This document shows positions 1-9,625 of a stretch of DNA of 64,000 nucleotides, piece by piece. Position 1 is the stretch's first letter. Every line of letters starts with the position of its first letter. The notes under the pieces were generated by a model, which did no database searches, had not been told where the DNA came from, and saw only the letters and a list, made by a program, of their open reading frames with translations. This stretch comes from Ferruginibacter sp. Lineage in GTDB: Bacteria > Bacteroidota > Bacteroidia > Chitinophagales > Chitinophagaceae. The DNA lies in NCBI GenBank assembly GCA_046590675.1, contig JBKJUP010000022.1, positions 6,961 to 70,960 of the forward strand, written 5' to 3'. The position numbers and the translations under genes were made by a program.

Positions 1-555
1 GGTGCCGAGGATAGAATCCACTGAATTGCCAAGTTTGGGGTAACGCTGAATCTGGGACAGCAGCACGTCAATCGTAGCACTCACATCCGCTTCTGCACTA
101 TGTGCACTTATCAATTCTTTATCACAATAAAATTTATAGGCAGCCGTCAGGGTTCTTGGTTCCATGGTATAGAAAATATGCTGCACATCCACCATGCGTC
201 TTGTACTAAGATCTACAACCATACCTGCTCTCAGGAATTCTTCCATTAACATCGGTATGTCAAACCGATTGCTGTTGTACCCGCCCATATCACAGTTTTC
301 GATAAACTGTTTTAATTCATTACCGGCCTGCTTAAAAGTTGGCGCATCTTTCACCATTTCATCGGTTATACCATGAATATCGGTGGATTGTTGTGGAATG
401 CGCATGCACGGGTTAATGAGTTTTCTTTTTACCTGCCGCGTTCCATCTGGCAAAATTTTTATAAATGCTACTTCAACAATTCGATCTGTTGAGAGATTTA
501 CACCAGTAGTTTCGAGATCTAAAAACGCAATAGGGCGGGATAATTGTAAGGACAT
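1..555 (-). CDS. 3'-5' exonuclease, DnaQ/DEDDh family (partial, runs off window start)
   Basis: Manual translation from ATG at 555: MSLQLSRPIAFLDLETTGVNLSTDRIVEVAFIKILPDG... contains ExoI motif DLETTG; GYNSNRFDIP (ExoII-like) follows. Confidence 0.85.
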   Translation of the reverse strand, partial: MSLQLSRPIAFLDLETTGVNLSTDRIVEVAFIKILPDGTRQVKRKLINPCMRIPQQSTDIHGITDEMVKDAPTFKQAGNELKQFIENCDMGGYNSNRFDIPMLMEEFLRAGMVVDLSTRRMVDVQHIFYTMEPRTLTAAYKFYCDKELISAHSAEADVSATIDVLLSQIQRYPKLGNSVDSILGT

Positions 556-745
556 CGTAAGATTTTTTTTAAGGTTCAGCTTAAAGGAATAACATTTTTA
601 TTTTTGTTATACACTATTTTTCAAAAAAATGAGTTTATATAGTTGCTATCGGGAAATAAGCATCTTTTTTCTTCATATAATCGAGCGGCAAGATAACTTT
701 TAAAAATGAAAATGTTAACTTTTCGCAGCTAAAGAAAATGGTATG

Positions 746-753
746 TATCTTTG
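746..753 (+). promoter_or_regulatory. Bacteroidota sigma-A -7 element (TATCTTTG)
   Basis: Exact TAnnTTTG match 42 nt upstream of the small lipoprotein ORF. Confidence 0.6.
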
Positions 754-795
754 TGTGGCAAAAATAAAAAATTACAAAAGTTTAAACTCCAACAA

Positions 796-909
796 ATGAA
801 GAAGATTTTATTATTTGCAGTTATCATCGTTTCTGGCTTAATTATGCTGACTTCCTGCGGTGCAAGCAGAAGATCCGGTTGCCCTATGTCAGAAAATATC
901 ATCCACTAA
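796..909 (+). CDS. Small 37-aa predicted lipoprotein (not in ORF track)
   Basis: MKKILLFAVIIVSGLIMLTSCGASRRSGCPMSENIIH*: basic N-terminus, hydrophobic core, lipobox LTSC; A-rich translation initiation region; upstream promoter. Confidence 0.7.
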   Translation: MKKILLFAVIIVSGLIMLTSCGASRRSGCPMSENIIH

Positions 910-925
910 ATTTACAAGTTTAAAA

Positions 926-1258
926 ATGAATTGGATATCTCTTAACCAGGAATCACAACTTGGTGAAATTAAAGAACAGTCAAAAACAAAGCCCCAACTG
1001 ATTTTTAAACATAGTACCCGCTGCTCCATCAGCTCAGTTGCAAAAAACCGGCTTGAAAGAAGTGCGGTTCCTGACAACATCGATTTCTATTTTCTTGATC
1101 TTATTAAAGACAGGGCAATCAGTAATAAAGTAGCTGAAGAGTTTGATGTATTTCACGAATCTCCGCAGGTGCTGCTTATAAAAAATGGCGAGTGCGTGTA
1201 CGATGAAAGTCACTCAGGCATTAGCATGGATGAAATAGGTGAACAGGCTGCAGCATAA
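926..1258 (+). CDS. ytxJ: YtxJ-family thioredoxin-like (monothiol bacilliredoxin-type) protein
   Basis: IFKHSTRCSIS and HESPQVLLIKNG motifs; true start MNWISL at 926. Confidence 0.85.
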   Translation: MNWISLNQESQLGEIKEQSKTKPQLIFKHSTRCSISSVAKNRLERSAVPDNIDFYFLDLIKDRAISNKVAEEFDVFHESPQVLLIKNGECVYDESHSGISMDEIGEQAAA

Positions 1259-1301
1259 GGGCCGTTAGTCAACTATTTTTTAGCATGTGTTAAGAAATGA
1301 T

Positions 1302-1410
1302 CTTTTTGGTCGTCGGCATTGATTTCCATGGCATCCGCATCGGCAGAGTCTACACTGAGGAACGAAGTGCTCCGTTCAACTTCAACTTTTTATGGCATCA
1401 TTTTCCAACA
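1302..1410 (-). repeat. Dispersed repeat family B, copy 1 (with inserted hairpin)
   Basis: Reverse complement shares GGAAA.GATGCCAT.AAAA...TTGAACGGAG...CAATGCCG..GACC with copies at 12903, 28411, 42096. Confidence 0.65.
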
Positions 1411-1619
1411 CAATCTTTTTACAACATTCAATTTAAACAGCTTCTTCAAAATAAATTATTTTACCCGCTTTTTTAAAGGTGGGTATTTTTATATTTGAAC
1501 CAAGGTGGAAAAACGGCATATTGAATCCAATTCTGCAAGAACATTTAATGCAAAAAAAAGAGTCATTGTTGAAACAATACCTCTTTACAATATTAAGTGG
1601 CTAAGCGAATATTATTTTT

Positions 1620-2918
1620 CTACAACGATAATAGGTACGCCTTTAAAACATCGGCATCCGCTTTAATTTTACTACTCTTTTTTTCAAGCAGTAGTTGCTG
1701 TTCAATGGCAACAGGAATGGGAACCGGTTCACCTATTACCGGCTCAACTACATCGTAAAATTTTACGGGATGAGCAGTTTCCAACACAATCCCTTTTTGT
1801 CCGGGGTTGGCTGCCAGGTATCTTTCTAATGCAAGATAACCAACTGCTCCATGTGGATCCAGCAAATACTCATGCTCATCGTATACTTGTTTTAAAGTTG
1901 CTTTAGTTTCGCTGTCTGATATACTAACGCTGCTGAAAACATTTTGCAGGTCCTTAAACTTATGATGAAAAATTTCAAGTATGCGGATGAAATTACTTGG
2001 ATTACCCACATCCATGGCGTTTGACATGGTAGCAACCGCTTTGCGTGGTTCGTACTTTTCAGTAAGCATAAAATCGGGCACCACCGCATTGGCATTACAG
2101 GCCGCAATAAAATGCTTAACAGGCAACCCTGAAATGTGCGCCAGGATGCCTGCACAGATATTTCCAAAATTTCCGCTCGGAACTGATATCACCGGCAAAT
2201 TGCTTTTATCAGCCCACTTTTTATAGGCAAAGAAATAATATAATTGTTGTGGTAGCCAGCGGGCCACATTGATAGAATTAGCGGAGGTCAGGAACAGGCT
2301 TTTGGCCATTTCCTCATCTGTAAATGCATGCTTTACCATTTGCTGGCAATCATCAAAAGTACCTTCTACTTCCAATGCATGAATATTTTTGCCCAGCGTA
2401 GTTAATTGCTTTTCCTGCACAGAACTTACTTTTCCTGAAGGATACAATATCACCACTTCTACCCCATCCACATCATAAAAACCATTTGCAACTGCCCCAC
2501 CTGTATCGCCTGATGTGGCTACCAGTACGGTTACTTTCCTGTGTTCATTTTTTACAAAATAACCGAGGCATCTGCTCATAAACCTTGCACCTACATCCTT
2601 AAATGCCAATGTAGGGCCATGGTACAATTCAAGTGTATAAATATCTTCATTTACGTGTACCAGCGGGATTTCGAAATTGATCGTTTCACTTACAATTTGT
2701 CTTAACACCTCTTCAGGAATACTATCACCTACATAAGGTTTCATCACCTCGTAAGCAATTTCTTCGTTACTGTAGTCGCCAATATTTTCAATTAAATGTT
2801 TTGACACCTGTGGTATCTCTTCAGGAAAATACAAACCTTTGTCCGGCGCCTGCCCCTGGATAGTCGCTTCTTTAAAATCACATTTTGGTGACTGGTTATT
2901 GGTACTGTAGTATTGCAT
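1620..2918 (-). CDS. thrC: Threonine synthase
   Basis: ELYHGPTLAFKD PLP-lysine motif, ATSGDTG, PSGNFGN. Confidence 0.96.
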   Translation of the reverse strand: MQYYSTNNQSPKCDFKEATIQGQAPDKGLYFPEEIPQVSKHLIENIGDYSNEEIAYEVMKPYVGDSIPEEVLRQIVSETINFEIPLVHVNEDIYTLELYHGPTLAFKDVGARFMSRCLGYFVKNEHRKVTVLVATSGDTGGAVANGFYDVDGVEVVILYPSGKVSSVQEKQLTTLGKNIHALEVEGTFDDCQQMVKHAFTDEEMAKSLFLTSANSINVARWLPQQLYYFFAYKKWADKSNLPVISVPSGNFGNICAGILAHISGLPVKHFIAACNANAVVPDFMLTEKYEPRKAVATMSNAMDVGNPSNFIRILEIFHHKFKDLQNVFSSVSISDSETKATLKQVYDEHEYLLDPHGAVGYLALERYLAANPGQKGIVLETAHPVKFYDVVEPVIGEPVPIPVAIEQQLLLEKKSSKIKADADVLKAYLLSL

Positions 2919-2984
2919 TCAACTGAACAATTATAGTTTAAAATTTGATTGTGCTGTGCAGATATTGTAGCTGATTACCTGCGC

Positions 2985-3974
2985 TTATTCCTCTATTATT
3001 TTAACCCCAGTTTTGTTAATGGTAGTAACATACGTATAGTAGGCAAGCCCGATGCGATCGTATATTTCCTTCATCACATTTTCAACAACCCTTGCAGTTT
3101 TTTCGTCTTTGCTCAACATAAAAATAGAGGGGCCGGAGCCTGAAATACCGCCACCCAATGCACCAGCTTCTTTACAATTCTTTTTCACCTCATCAAAGCC
3201 AGGAATCAGCATACTTCTAACAGGTTCAATGATTACATCTTCTAAAGAACGGCCAATCAACGATAAATCGTTTTGCATAAAGCCCGCAACCAACCCGGCA
3301 ATGTTACCCCATTGTTTGATGGCATCTTTTAACAACACTTCTTTCCTTAATATCTGGCGGGCATCTTTTGTACGCACTTCTATTTGTGGATGCACAATGG
3401 TTACAAAAAGTTCGGGACTGGGAATGGGCACAATGTCCAACGGATGAATGCTGCGGATTAACGTAACGCCGCCATAAATGCATGGTGCAATATTATCGGC
3501 GTGCTTTACACCTGAAGCAACTTTTTCACCAAACATGGCAAAGCGCACCAGGTCATGGTTCGAAAAAACATTACCCAATAAGTAATTGGCTGCAACTACA
3601 GCACCAGCAGCACTTGCAGCGCTGGAACCTATACCACTGCCCGGCTTTATTTTTTTATGAATAATTACTTCAAAACCAACTTCTCCGGGTAATTCATTGA
3701 TCATTTCTACCAATGGTGCACCTGCAGTATTTTGCATCGGATCGGTTGGTAACGGGTAGCCATCAGCGCTGTGTATGATGATCTTTTTTTCTTCAAGAAT
3801 TTTCACTTCCATCAAATCATTCGGACTATCAAGGCACATTCCCAATACATCAAAACCGCACACAAGATTGGCAACGGTAGCAGGTGCAAGTACACGTACA
3901 GTTTTCTTCCTTTCCCCTGTTGCACCAACTATACCGGCTGTGCTTATTACCTCTTTTTGCTGATCGGGATTCAT
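2985..3974 (-). CDS. thrB: Homoserine kinase
   Basis: APATVANLVCGFD, GHMP motif PGSGIGSSAAS, HADN, ISGSGPS. Confidence 0.95.
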   Translation of the reverse strand: MNPDQQKEVISTAGIVGATGERKKTVRVLAPATVANLVCGFDVLGMCLDSPNDLMEVKILEEKKIIIHSADGYPLPTDPMQNTAGAPLVEMINELPGEVGFEVIIHKKIKPGSGIGSSAASAAGAVVAANYLLGNVFSNHDLVRFAMFGEKVASGVKHADNIAPCIYGGVTLIRSIHPLDIVPIPSPELFVTIVHPQIEVRTKDARQILRKEVLLKDAIKQWGNIAGLVAGFMQNDLSLIGRSLEDVIIEPVRSMLIPGFDEVKKNCKEAGALGGGISGSGPSIFMLSKDEKTARVVENVMKEIYDRIGLAYYTYVTTINKTGVKIIEE

Positions 3975-4034
3975 ATTATTATTTGTGATTTAAGCTCGCT
4001 GTTAGTATCCCTTGTTGAAAATGCCATTAATTTT

Positions 4035-6479
4035 TTAACCTCTTGCTGCCCGGATGATATCAGCAAATACACCTGAGGCCGTTACATCTGCACCGGCTCC
4101 TGCACCTTTAATTACCAATGGTTGTTCTTTATATCTATCAGTGTAAAACAGCACAATATTGTCTTTACCATACAAATGATAAAAATCGTGGGCCGGGTCA
4201 ATGTGTTGTAACCCAACGGATGCTTTTCCGTTTTCAAATTTGGCTACAAATTTTAATTTCTTTCCATCGGCAGAAGCTGCCTCATACAATTGCTTAAAAT
4301 GATCCTCATGTTTTTCCATACACTGGTAAAATTCTTCCACGGTTCCCTGCATGCATGGTGGTGGCATAAAGGAATTATTGTCAACATCCTCCATTTCAAT
4401 TTTTTCACCAGCCTCTCTTACCAATATCATTATTTTACGCATCACATCTTTACCACTTAAATCAAGTCGTGGATCCGGTTCTGTATAGCCTTCATCCTGC
4501 GCCTGCTTCACCACCGATGCAAAACTTTTTTTACCGTCGTAATTATTAAATACAAAGTTGAGTGTTCCACTTAAAACAGCTTCCATTCTATGTACGTTAT
4601 CGCCACTGCGCAACAAATCATTTAAAGAACCGATGATGGGCAAACTTGCACCCACATTGGTTTCAAATATAAAATGTGCATTGAACTCTCTTGCCAGTTT
4701 TTTTAATTTGGTATAATATTCAAAGGAGGAAGAACAGGCAATTTTGTTACAGGCTACCACAGAAATGCTTTTCTGTAACAACTGGTCGTAACAGCTTGCC
4801 ACCAATTCATTTGCGGTAACATCTGCAAATACCGAATTGCGTAAATTTTTCAATTGAATGCGATCCAGGAAATCCTGCATTTCCATTGTTTCGCCATTTT
4901 CCAGTAAGTCTTTCCACTTTGTTAAATCAATTCCATTGTCATCAAACAACATTTTTCTGCTATTCGCAATGCCAACCACATTGATTTTTAAGTTCATATT
5001 CTTTAGCAGGTATTGTTGCTGCTGTAAAATTTGTGCCATCAGTTTACCTCCTACATTACCAACGCCTGCTACAAATAAATTAAGTTCTTTATTGACTGTT
5101 TCAAAAAACTCTTCATGCAATACGTTGATGGCTTTTTTTACATCATGGGTAGATATTACTGCAGAAATATTTCTTTCAGATGAACCCTGTGCAATGGCAC
5201 GAACATTTACACCGTTGCGACCAAGGTTGCCAAACATTTTACCACTGATACCCGGGTGACTTTTCATATTATCACCCACAAGTGCCACGATGGCCAGGTC
5301 TTTCTCTACAATGATAGGAGCTACTTTTTTTGTTTCAATTTCGTAGGCAAAAGCTTCGTCGATGGCGTGTTTTGCTTGTACTGAATAAGCAGCCTCAATA
5401 CCGACACAAATAGAATGTTCAGACGAACTTTGTGTAATGAGTATTACGTTTATTTTCTTATCTGCCAGCGATTCAAATAATCTTTTAGAAAACCCCGGAA
5501 TACCTACCATGCCACTACCTTCCAGGCTTAGCAATGATATACTGTTTATACTAGAGATGCCCCTGATGGAGCTGCCGTTTTTTGCCACATCTTTCTGGAT
5601 CAGCGTTCCTGCATCTCCGGGAGCAAACGTATTTTTTATCCAGGTGGGAATACCTTTGCTGCTTACCGGCTGTATAGTTGGCGGATAGATTACTTTGGCA
5701 CCAAAATGTGAAAGTTCCATTGCCTCCTGGTAAGAAATCTGTGGGATAATTTTTCCGGTGGTCACCAGCCTTGGATCAGCAGTCATCATTCCTGAAACAT
5801 CGGTCCATATTTCTAATACTTCTGCATTTAGCGCCGCAGCCAAAATTGCTGCAGTGTAGTCGGAGCCGCCGCGACCAAGTGTAGTATTGGCACCGCTTGC
5901 AGTGGCAGCAATAAAACCGGGCATCAGGTATAAATTAGCTGGCGCTGAAGAAAAATAATCTGTCACCTTTTGATTGGTCAATGTAAAATCTACCGTGGCT
6001 GCGCCAAATTCAGCATTGGTAATAATTAAGTCACGGGAATCTTTCCATTCACAACCTTCTGTATCTGTTTGAAACGCTGCTGCAATGATTTGTGAAGACA
6101 ATATTTCACCATAACTCATTACCCTATCCTTAGTCCGGGGCGATAATTCCCTTAGCAGGAAAATACCATTGCATATATCTTCAATTTCATTACACAAAGT
6201 TTTTACCTGGCTCAATAAACTGCTCTGCATGGTTAAAGGCACCAGTTCTTTTACAGTTACCAGGTGGCGCTGTTCAGATTCCTGCAGCTTTTTTTTATAA
6301 TCTTCATTACCATCTGCTGCAAGTGTACTACACTCAATCAACAAGTCGGTAATTCCACCCAGGGCTGAAACCACCACAATTGTTTTATCAATTTTAATTT
6401 TATCCTTAACAATAGCAATGACCTTACTTATGTTTTCAGCGTTTTTTACTGAACTTCCTCCAAACTTTAAAACCTGCAT
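4035..6479 (-). CDS. thrA: Bifunctional aspartate kinase/homoserine dehydrogenase I
   Basis: KFGGSS, LGRGGSDY, two ACT domains, GVGNVG and FETNVGASLP HSDH motifs. Confidence 0.96.
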   Translation of the reverse strand: MQVLKFGGSSVKNAENISKVIAIVKDKIKIDKTIVVVSALGGITDLLIECSTLAADGNEDYKKKLQESEQRHLVTVKELVPLTMQSSLLSQVKTLCNEIEDICNGIFLLRELSPRTKDRVMSYGEILSSQIIAAAFQTDTEGCEWKDSRDLIITNAEFGAATVDFTLTNQKVTDYFSSAPANLYLMPGFIAATASGANTTLGRGGSDYTAAILAAALNAEVLEIWTDVSGMMTADPRLVTTGKIIPQISYQEAMELSHFGAKVIYPPTIQPVSSKGIPTWIKNTFAPGDAGTLIQKDVAKNGSSIRGISSINSISLLSLEGSGMVGIPGFSKRLFESLADKKINVILITQSSSEHSICVGIEAAYSVQAKHAIDEAFAYEIETKKVAPIIVEKDLAIVALVGDNMKSHPGISGKMFGNLGRNGVNVRAIAQGSSERNISAVISTHDVKKAINVLHEEFFETVNKELNLFVAGVGNVGGKLMAQILQQQQYLLKNMNLKINVVGIANSRKMLFDDNGIDLTKWKDLLENGETMEMQDFLDRIQLKNLRNSVFADVTANELVASCYDQLLQKSISVVACNKIACSSSFEYYTKLKKLAREFNAHFIFETNVGASLPIIGSLNDLLRSGDNVHRMEAVLSGTLNFVFNNYDGKKSFASVVKQAQDEGYTEPDPRLDLSGKDVMRKIMILVREAGEKIEMEDVDNNSFMPPPCMQGTVEEFYQCMEKHEDHFKQLYEAASADGKKLKFVAKFENGKASVGLQHIDPAHDFYHLYGKDNIVLFYTDRYKEQPLVIKGAGAGADVTASGVFADIIRAARG

Positions 6480-6579
6480 GACTTAGTTGATTATATGAAT
6501 TTGCAAAAATAGTAGATATTGATAGTTAATTCCTGAGAATAATGGCAGATGCCCAATGGTGATATGTAGAATGTTACCC

Positions 6580-6672
6580 TTAACGGGTAATAATAATAAC
6601 AATGATAAAGCCTATGGCTATAGTAGCGGAAGTTGTACGATATGAAATAAGATGGGATGCCACTTGTTGCAC
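6580..6672 (-). CDS. Thr/Ile-rich leader peptide of the thr operon (thrL-like)
   Basis: GTG-started MQQVASHLISYRTTSATIAIGFIIVIIITR*; 4 Thr and 8 Ile; ends 100 nt upstream of thrA; -7-like TAATTTCG at 6688-6695. Confidence 0.7.
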   Translation of the reverse strand: MQQVASHLISYRTTSATIAIGFIIVIIITR

Positions 6673-6803
6673 TTTTTTATTACGAGGCGAAATTAAGCAA
6701 ATATTTGAAAAACAGTCAAAGTATTTGAAATTTTTGAACTATTTTCATGTCTTCGTTGCATTGCCACCGGTATTATTTCTTTTTTATTAAAAATTATTGA
6801 ATT

Positions 6804-9380
6804 ATGGATCACGTGTCAACCCGGGGGTTGCAAAATTTTAAAAATCTGGTTGGAATCAAGTTTCAGTTGTACAACAGTTTATTTACGGCCCTCCCCTTTC
6901 ATCGCATCGAAAAAACAGGCATTTTACTGTCCCTTTTGCTCAACAATTGCGAAGAAGGATATAAGAAAAAACTTAGCCCCACAGAGATTATCGAAGAATT
7001 TTTTGCAAAACATACAGCATATATTAAGCCTGCAGAAAAACTGGATCTGCTGTTTAGATTTATCCAGTACATTGAAAGGCAGGTAGTGCTTTTTGATGCA
7101 CTTGAAGATGCCGCATTTACAGAAATACATGATACCAGCGGGGTTGGCACTTTAAAACACCTGGAAAGCGAGGTTTTACAAAACAATAAGGAAGAAGAAC
7201 TGAAAGAAAAGTTGAAGAAGTTTGCAGTAAGGCTTGTGTTAACTGCTCATCCTACTCAATTTTATCCCGGTCCGGTTTTAGGTATCATCAATGACTTATC
7301 TACCGCACTTGCTGAAAACAATGGTGTACGTATTAATTCATACCTGCAGCAATTAGGCAAAACGCCTTTTTTCAAAAAGGTAAAACCTACGCCTTACGAT
7401 GAAGCAATGAACCTGGTGTGGTATCTTGAAAACGTTTTTTATTCAGCATTTGGACGCATCATCTCATTTTTAAAGAACCAGTTCCCCGATGCTATTGATG
7501 ACAATAATCCAATAGTAACGATGGGATTCTGGCCTGGTGGCGACCGCGATGGCAATCCATTTGTAAAGGTTGATACCACAATAAAGGTTGCTGAAGCGTT
7601 GCGTGGTGGTATCATTAAATGTTATTACCTGGAAGTAAGGCGCATCAAACAGCGGTTAACTTTTCATGGTGTAGATGTCATTTTAAATGATCTTGAAAAA
7701 GAATTTTACGACAACATATTTATCCCAGGAAAAAGAACACATGTAAGTAAAGTAAGTATTCTACAATCGCTGAATAAAATAAAAGACATTCTTGTATATG
7801 AACATAATGGCCTTTTCCTGCACCTGGTCAATAACCTCATTAATAAGGTAAATATTTTCGGATTGCATTTTGCAACACTCGATATCAGGCAGGACAGTAC
7901 TACACACGAACAGGTAATGCAAACCATTGCCGCTAAAACTTCAGCCCTTCCTAAAAATTATAAATCATTAAAGCCGGAAGAAAAAATTGCACTGTTAACG
8001 AGCCTTTCTACTTTAAAGGAACCACTTGCGCAGGAAGAAATTGTTACCGAAACACTGGCAACGATTAAAGCTATAAAAACCATACAAGAGTACAATGGTG
8101 AATATGGTTGCAATCGCTATATCATCAGTCAATGTAACAGTGCTGTGAATGTAATGGAAGTGTACGGATTGTTTTTAATGGGTGGATGGAGCAAGAAGAA
8201 TATTACGGTAGATATTGTGCCATTGTTTGAAACAGTAGATGACCTGAAACAAGCCGCTACTATAATGGACATCCTTTATAGCAATGATATTTACGCTGCT
8301 CATCTTGCCAGGAGAAATCGTAAACAGACCATTATGCTCGGGTTTAGTGATGGCACAAAAGATGGTGGTTACCTAATGGCCAATTGGGGTATATATAAGG
8401 CTAAAGAGGAGTTAACTGCAATTTCACTGAAATATAATATTGAAGTAGTGTTCTTTGATGGCAGGGGCGGCCCTCCATCACGTGGTGGCGGTAAAACGCA
8501 TAATTTTTATGCTTCCATGGGAAAAAATATTTCCAATAATGAAATACACCTTACCGTTCAGGGACAAACGGTTAGTTCCAATTTTGGAATTGTAGATGCG
8601 GCACAATTCAATATTGAAAAATTGATACACGCCGGTATTTCAAATGACCTTTTCAACAGCCGTGAAATTACACTTGAAAAAAAGGAAGAAGATTTGCTGG
8701 AAGAACTGGCCAATTCAAGTTTTGAGAAATACAATTCATTAAAACATCACCCCTATTTTGCCGATTATCTTTCGCAGGTAAGCCCGCTAAAATTTTATGG
8801 TGGCACCAATGTTGGCAGCCGTCCATCGAAACGTTCACAAAGCAGTAAGCTTTCTTTGAAAGACCTGCGTGCCATACCTTATGTTGGTGCATGGTCGCAG
8901 ATAAAGCAAAATGTAACGGGGTATTTTGGAGTAGGTACTGCTTTGCATGAACTGGATCAACAAGGCAAATTCGGACAGGTAAAAAAGTTATACAAGAATT
9001 CTTTATTCTTTAAAACTTTGCTTGATAACTGTGAGATGTCTATGAAAAAGTCTTTCTTTCCACTGACCCAGTTTTTATCAGAAGATAAAAAATACGGAGA
9101 AATCTGGAATACAATTCTGGCAGAATACAATTTAACTGAAAAGTATATCCTCAAAATTTCGGACAAGAAGGAACTGATGAGCGATTACCCGATTGACCAG
9201 ATGTCTATCCTGATGAGAGAAAAAATTGTATTGCCATTATTGACAATACAACAATTCGCCTTAATGAATATCCGGGAAATTGAAGATGAATTGATCAAGT
9301 CGCCTCTTAAAGAAACTTATGAGAAGCTGGTAATACGCTCTTCTTTTGGAATCATAAATGCAGGTAGAAACTCCGTTTAA
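6804..9380 (+). CDS. ppc: Phosphoenolpyruvate carboxylase
   Basis: VLTAHPTQ, WPGGDRDGNP, MLGFSDGTKDGG, GRGGPPSRGGG, LRAIPYV motifs. Confidence 0.95.
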   Translation: MDHVSTRGLQNFKNLVGIKFQLYNSLFTALPFHRIEKTGILLSLLLNNCEEGYKKKLSPTEIIEEFFAKHTAYIKPAEKLDLLFRFIQYIERQVVLFDALEDAAFTEIHDTSGVGTLKHLESEVLQNNKEEELKEKLKKFAVRLVLTAHPTQFYPGPVLGIINDLSTALAENNGVRINSYLQQLGKTPFFKKVKPTPYDEAMNLVWYLENVFYSAFGRIISFLKNQFPDAIDDNNPIVTMGFWPGGDRDGNPFVKVDTTIKVAEALRGGIIKCYYLEVRRIKQRLTFHGVDVILNDLEKEFYDNIFIPGKRTHVSKVSILQSLNKIKDILVYEHNGLFLHLVNNLINKVNIFGLHFATLDIRQDSTTHEQVMQTIAAKTSALPKNYKSLKPEEKIALLTSLSTLKEPLAQEEIVTETLATIKAIKTIQEYNGEYGCNRYIISQCNSAVNVMEVYGLFLMGGWSKKNITVDIVPLFETVDDLKQAATIMDILYSNDIYAAHLARRNRKQTIMLGFSDGTKDGGYLMANWGIYKAKEELTAISLKYNIEVVFFDGRGGPPSRGGGKTHNFYASMGKNISNNEIHLTVQGQTVSSNFGIVDAAQFNIEKLIHAGISNDLFNSREITLEKKEEDLLEELANSSFEKYNSLKHHPYFADYLSQVSPLKFYGGTNVGSRPSKRSQSSKLSLKDLRAIPYVGAWSQIKQNVTGYFGVGTALHELDQQGKFGQVKKLYKNSLFFKTLLDNCEMSMKKSFFPLTQFLSEDKKYGEIWNTILAEYNLTEKYILKISDKKELMSDYPIDQMSILMREKIVLPLLTIQQFALMNIREIEDELIKSPLKETYEKLVIRSSFGIINAGRNSV

Positions 9381-9443
9381 TTTCAATCATTCGCTATTAT
9401 AGAATTTCCGCAGGTTATCCTGCACTTAAATACTAAAAATATC

Positions 9444-9469
9444 AGGCCCCCAAAAAGGGCCTTTTTTTT
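9444..9469 (+). terminator. Intrinsic terminator after ppc
   Basis: AGGCCC-CCAAAAA-GGGCCT followed by T-tract. Confidence 0.8.
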
Positions 9470-9625
9470 ATTCAATTGATGAGTTAAACCTGGATTTTAT
9501 TTGCACCCACTGCCTTTCTATTAACCTATTAAAATATTATTGCTTTATTAATGTGAAAATTATATCAACGGTCAGGTTTTGATTTCGCTTTAAAGTACGT
9601 TTGCACCTGAACTTAAACTATACAA

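Noticed and set aside
860-925. Longer N-terminus of the ytxJ ORF given by the track (MQAEDPV…)
   Set aside because: Starts at GTG inside the small lipoprotein ORF in another frame; YtxJ similarity begins at MNWISL (926)
6505-6516. Half-site ATCTA-CTA resembling the cys operator upstream of thrA
   Set aside because: No second half-site at the 9-nt spacing
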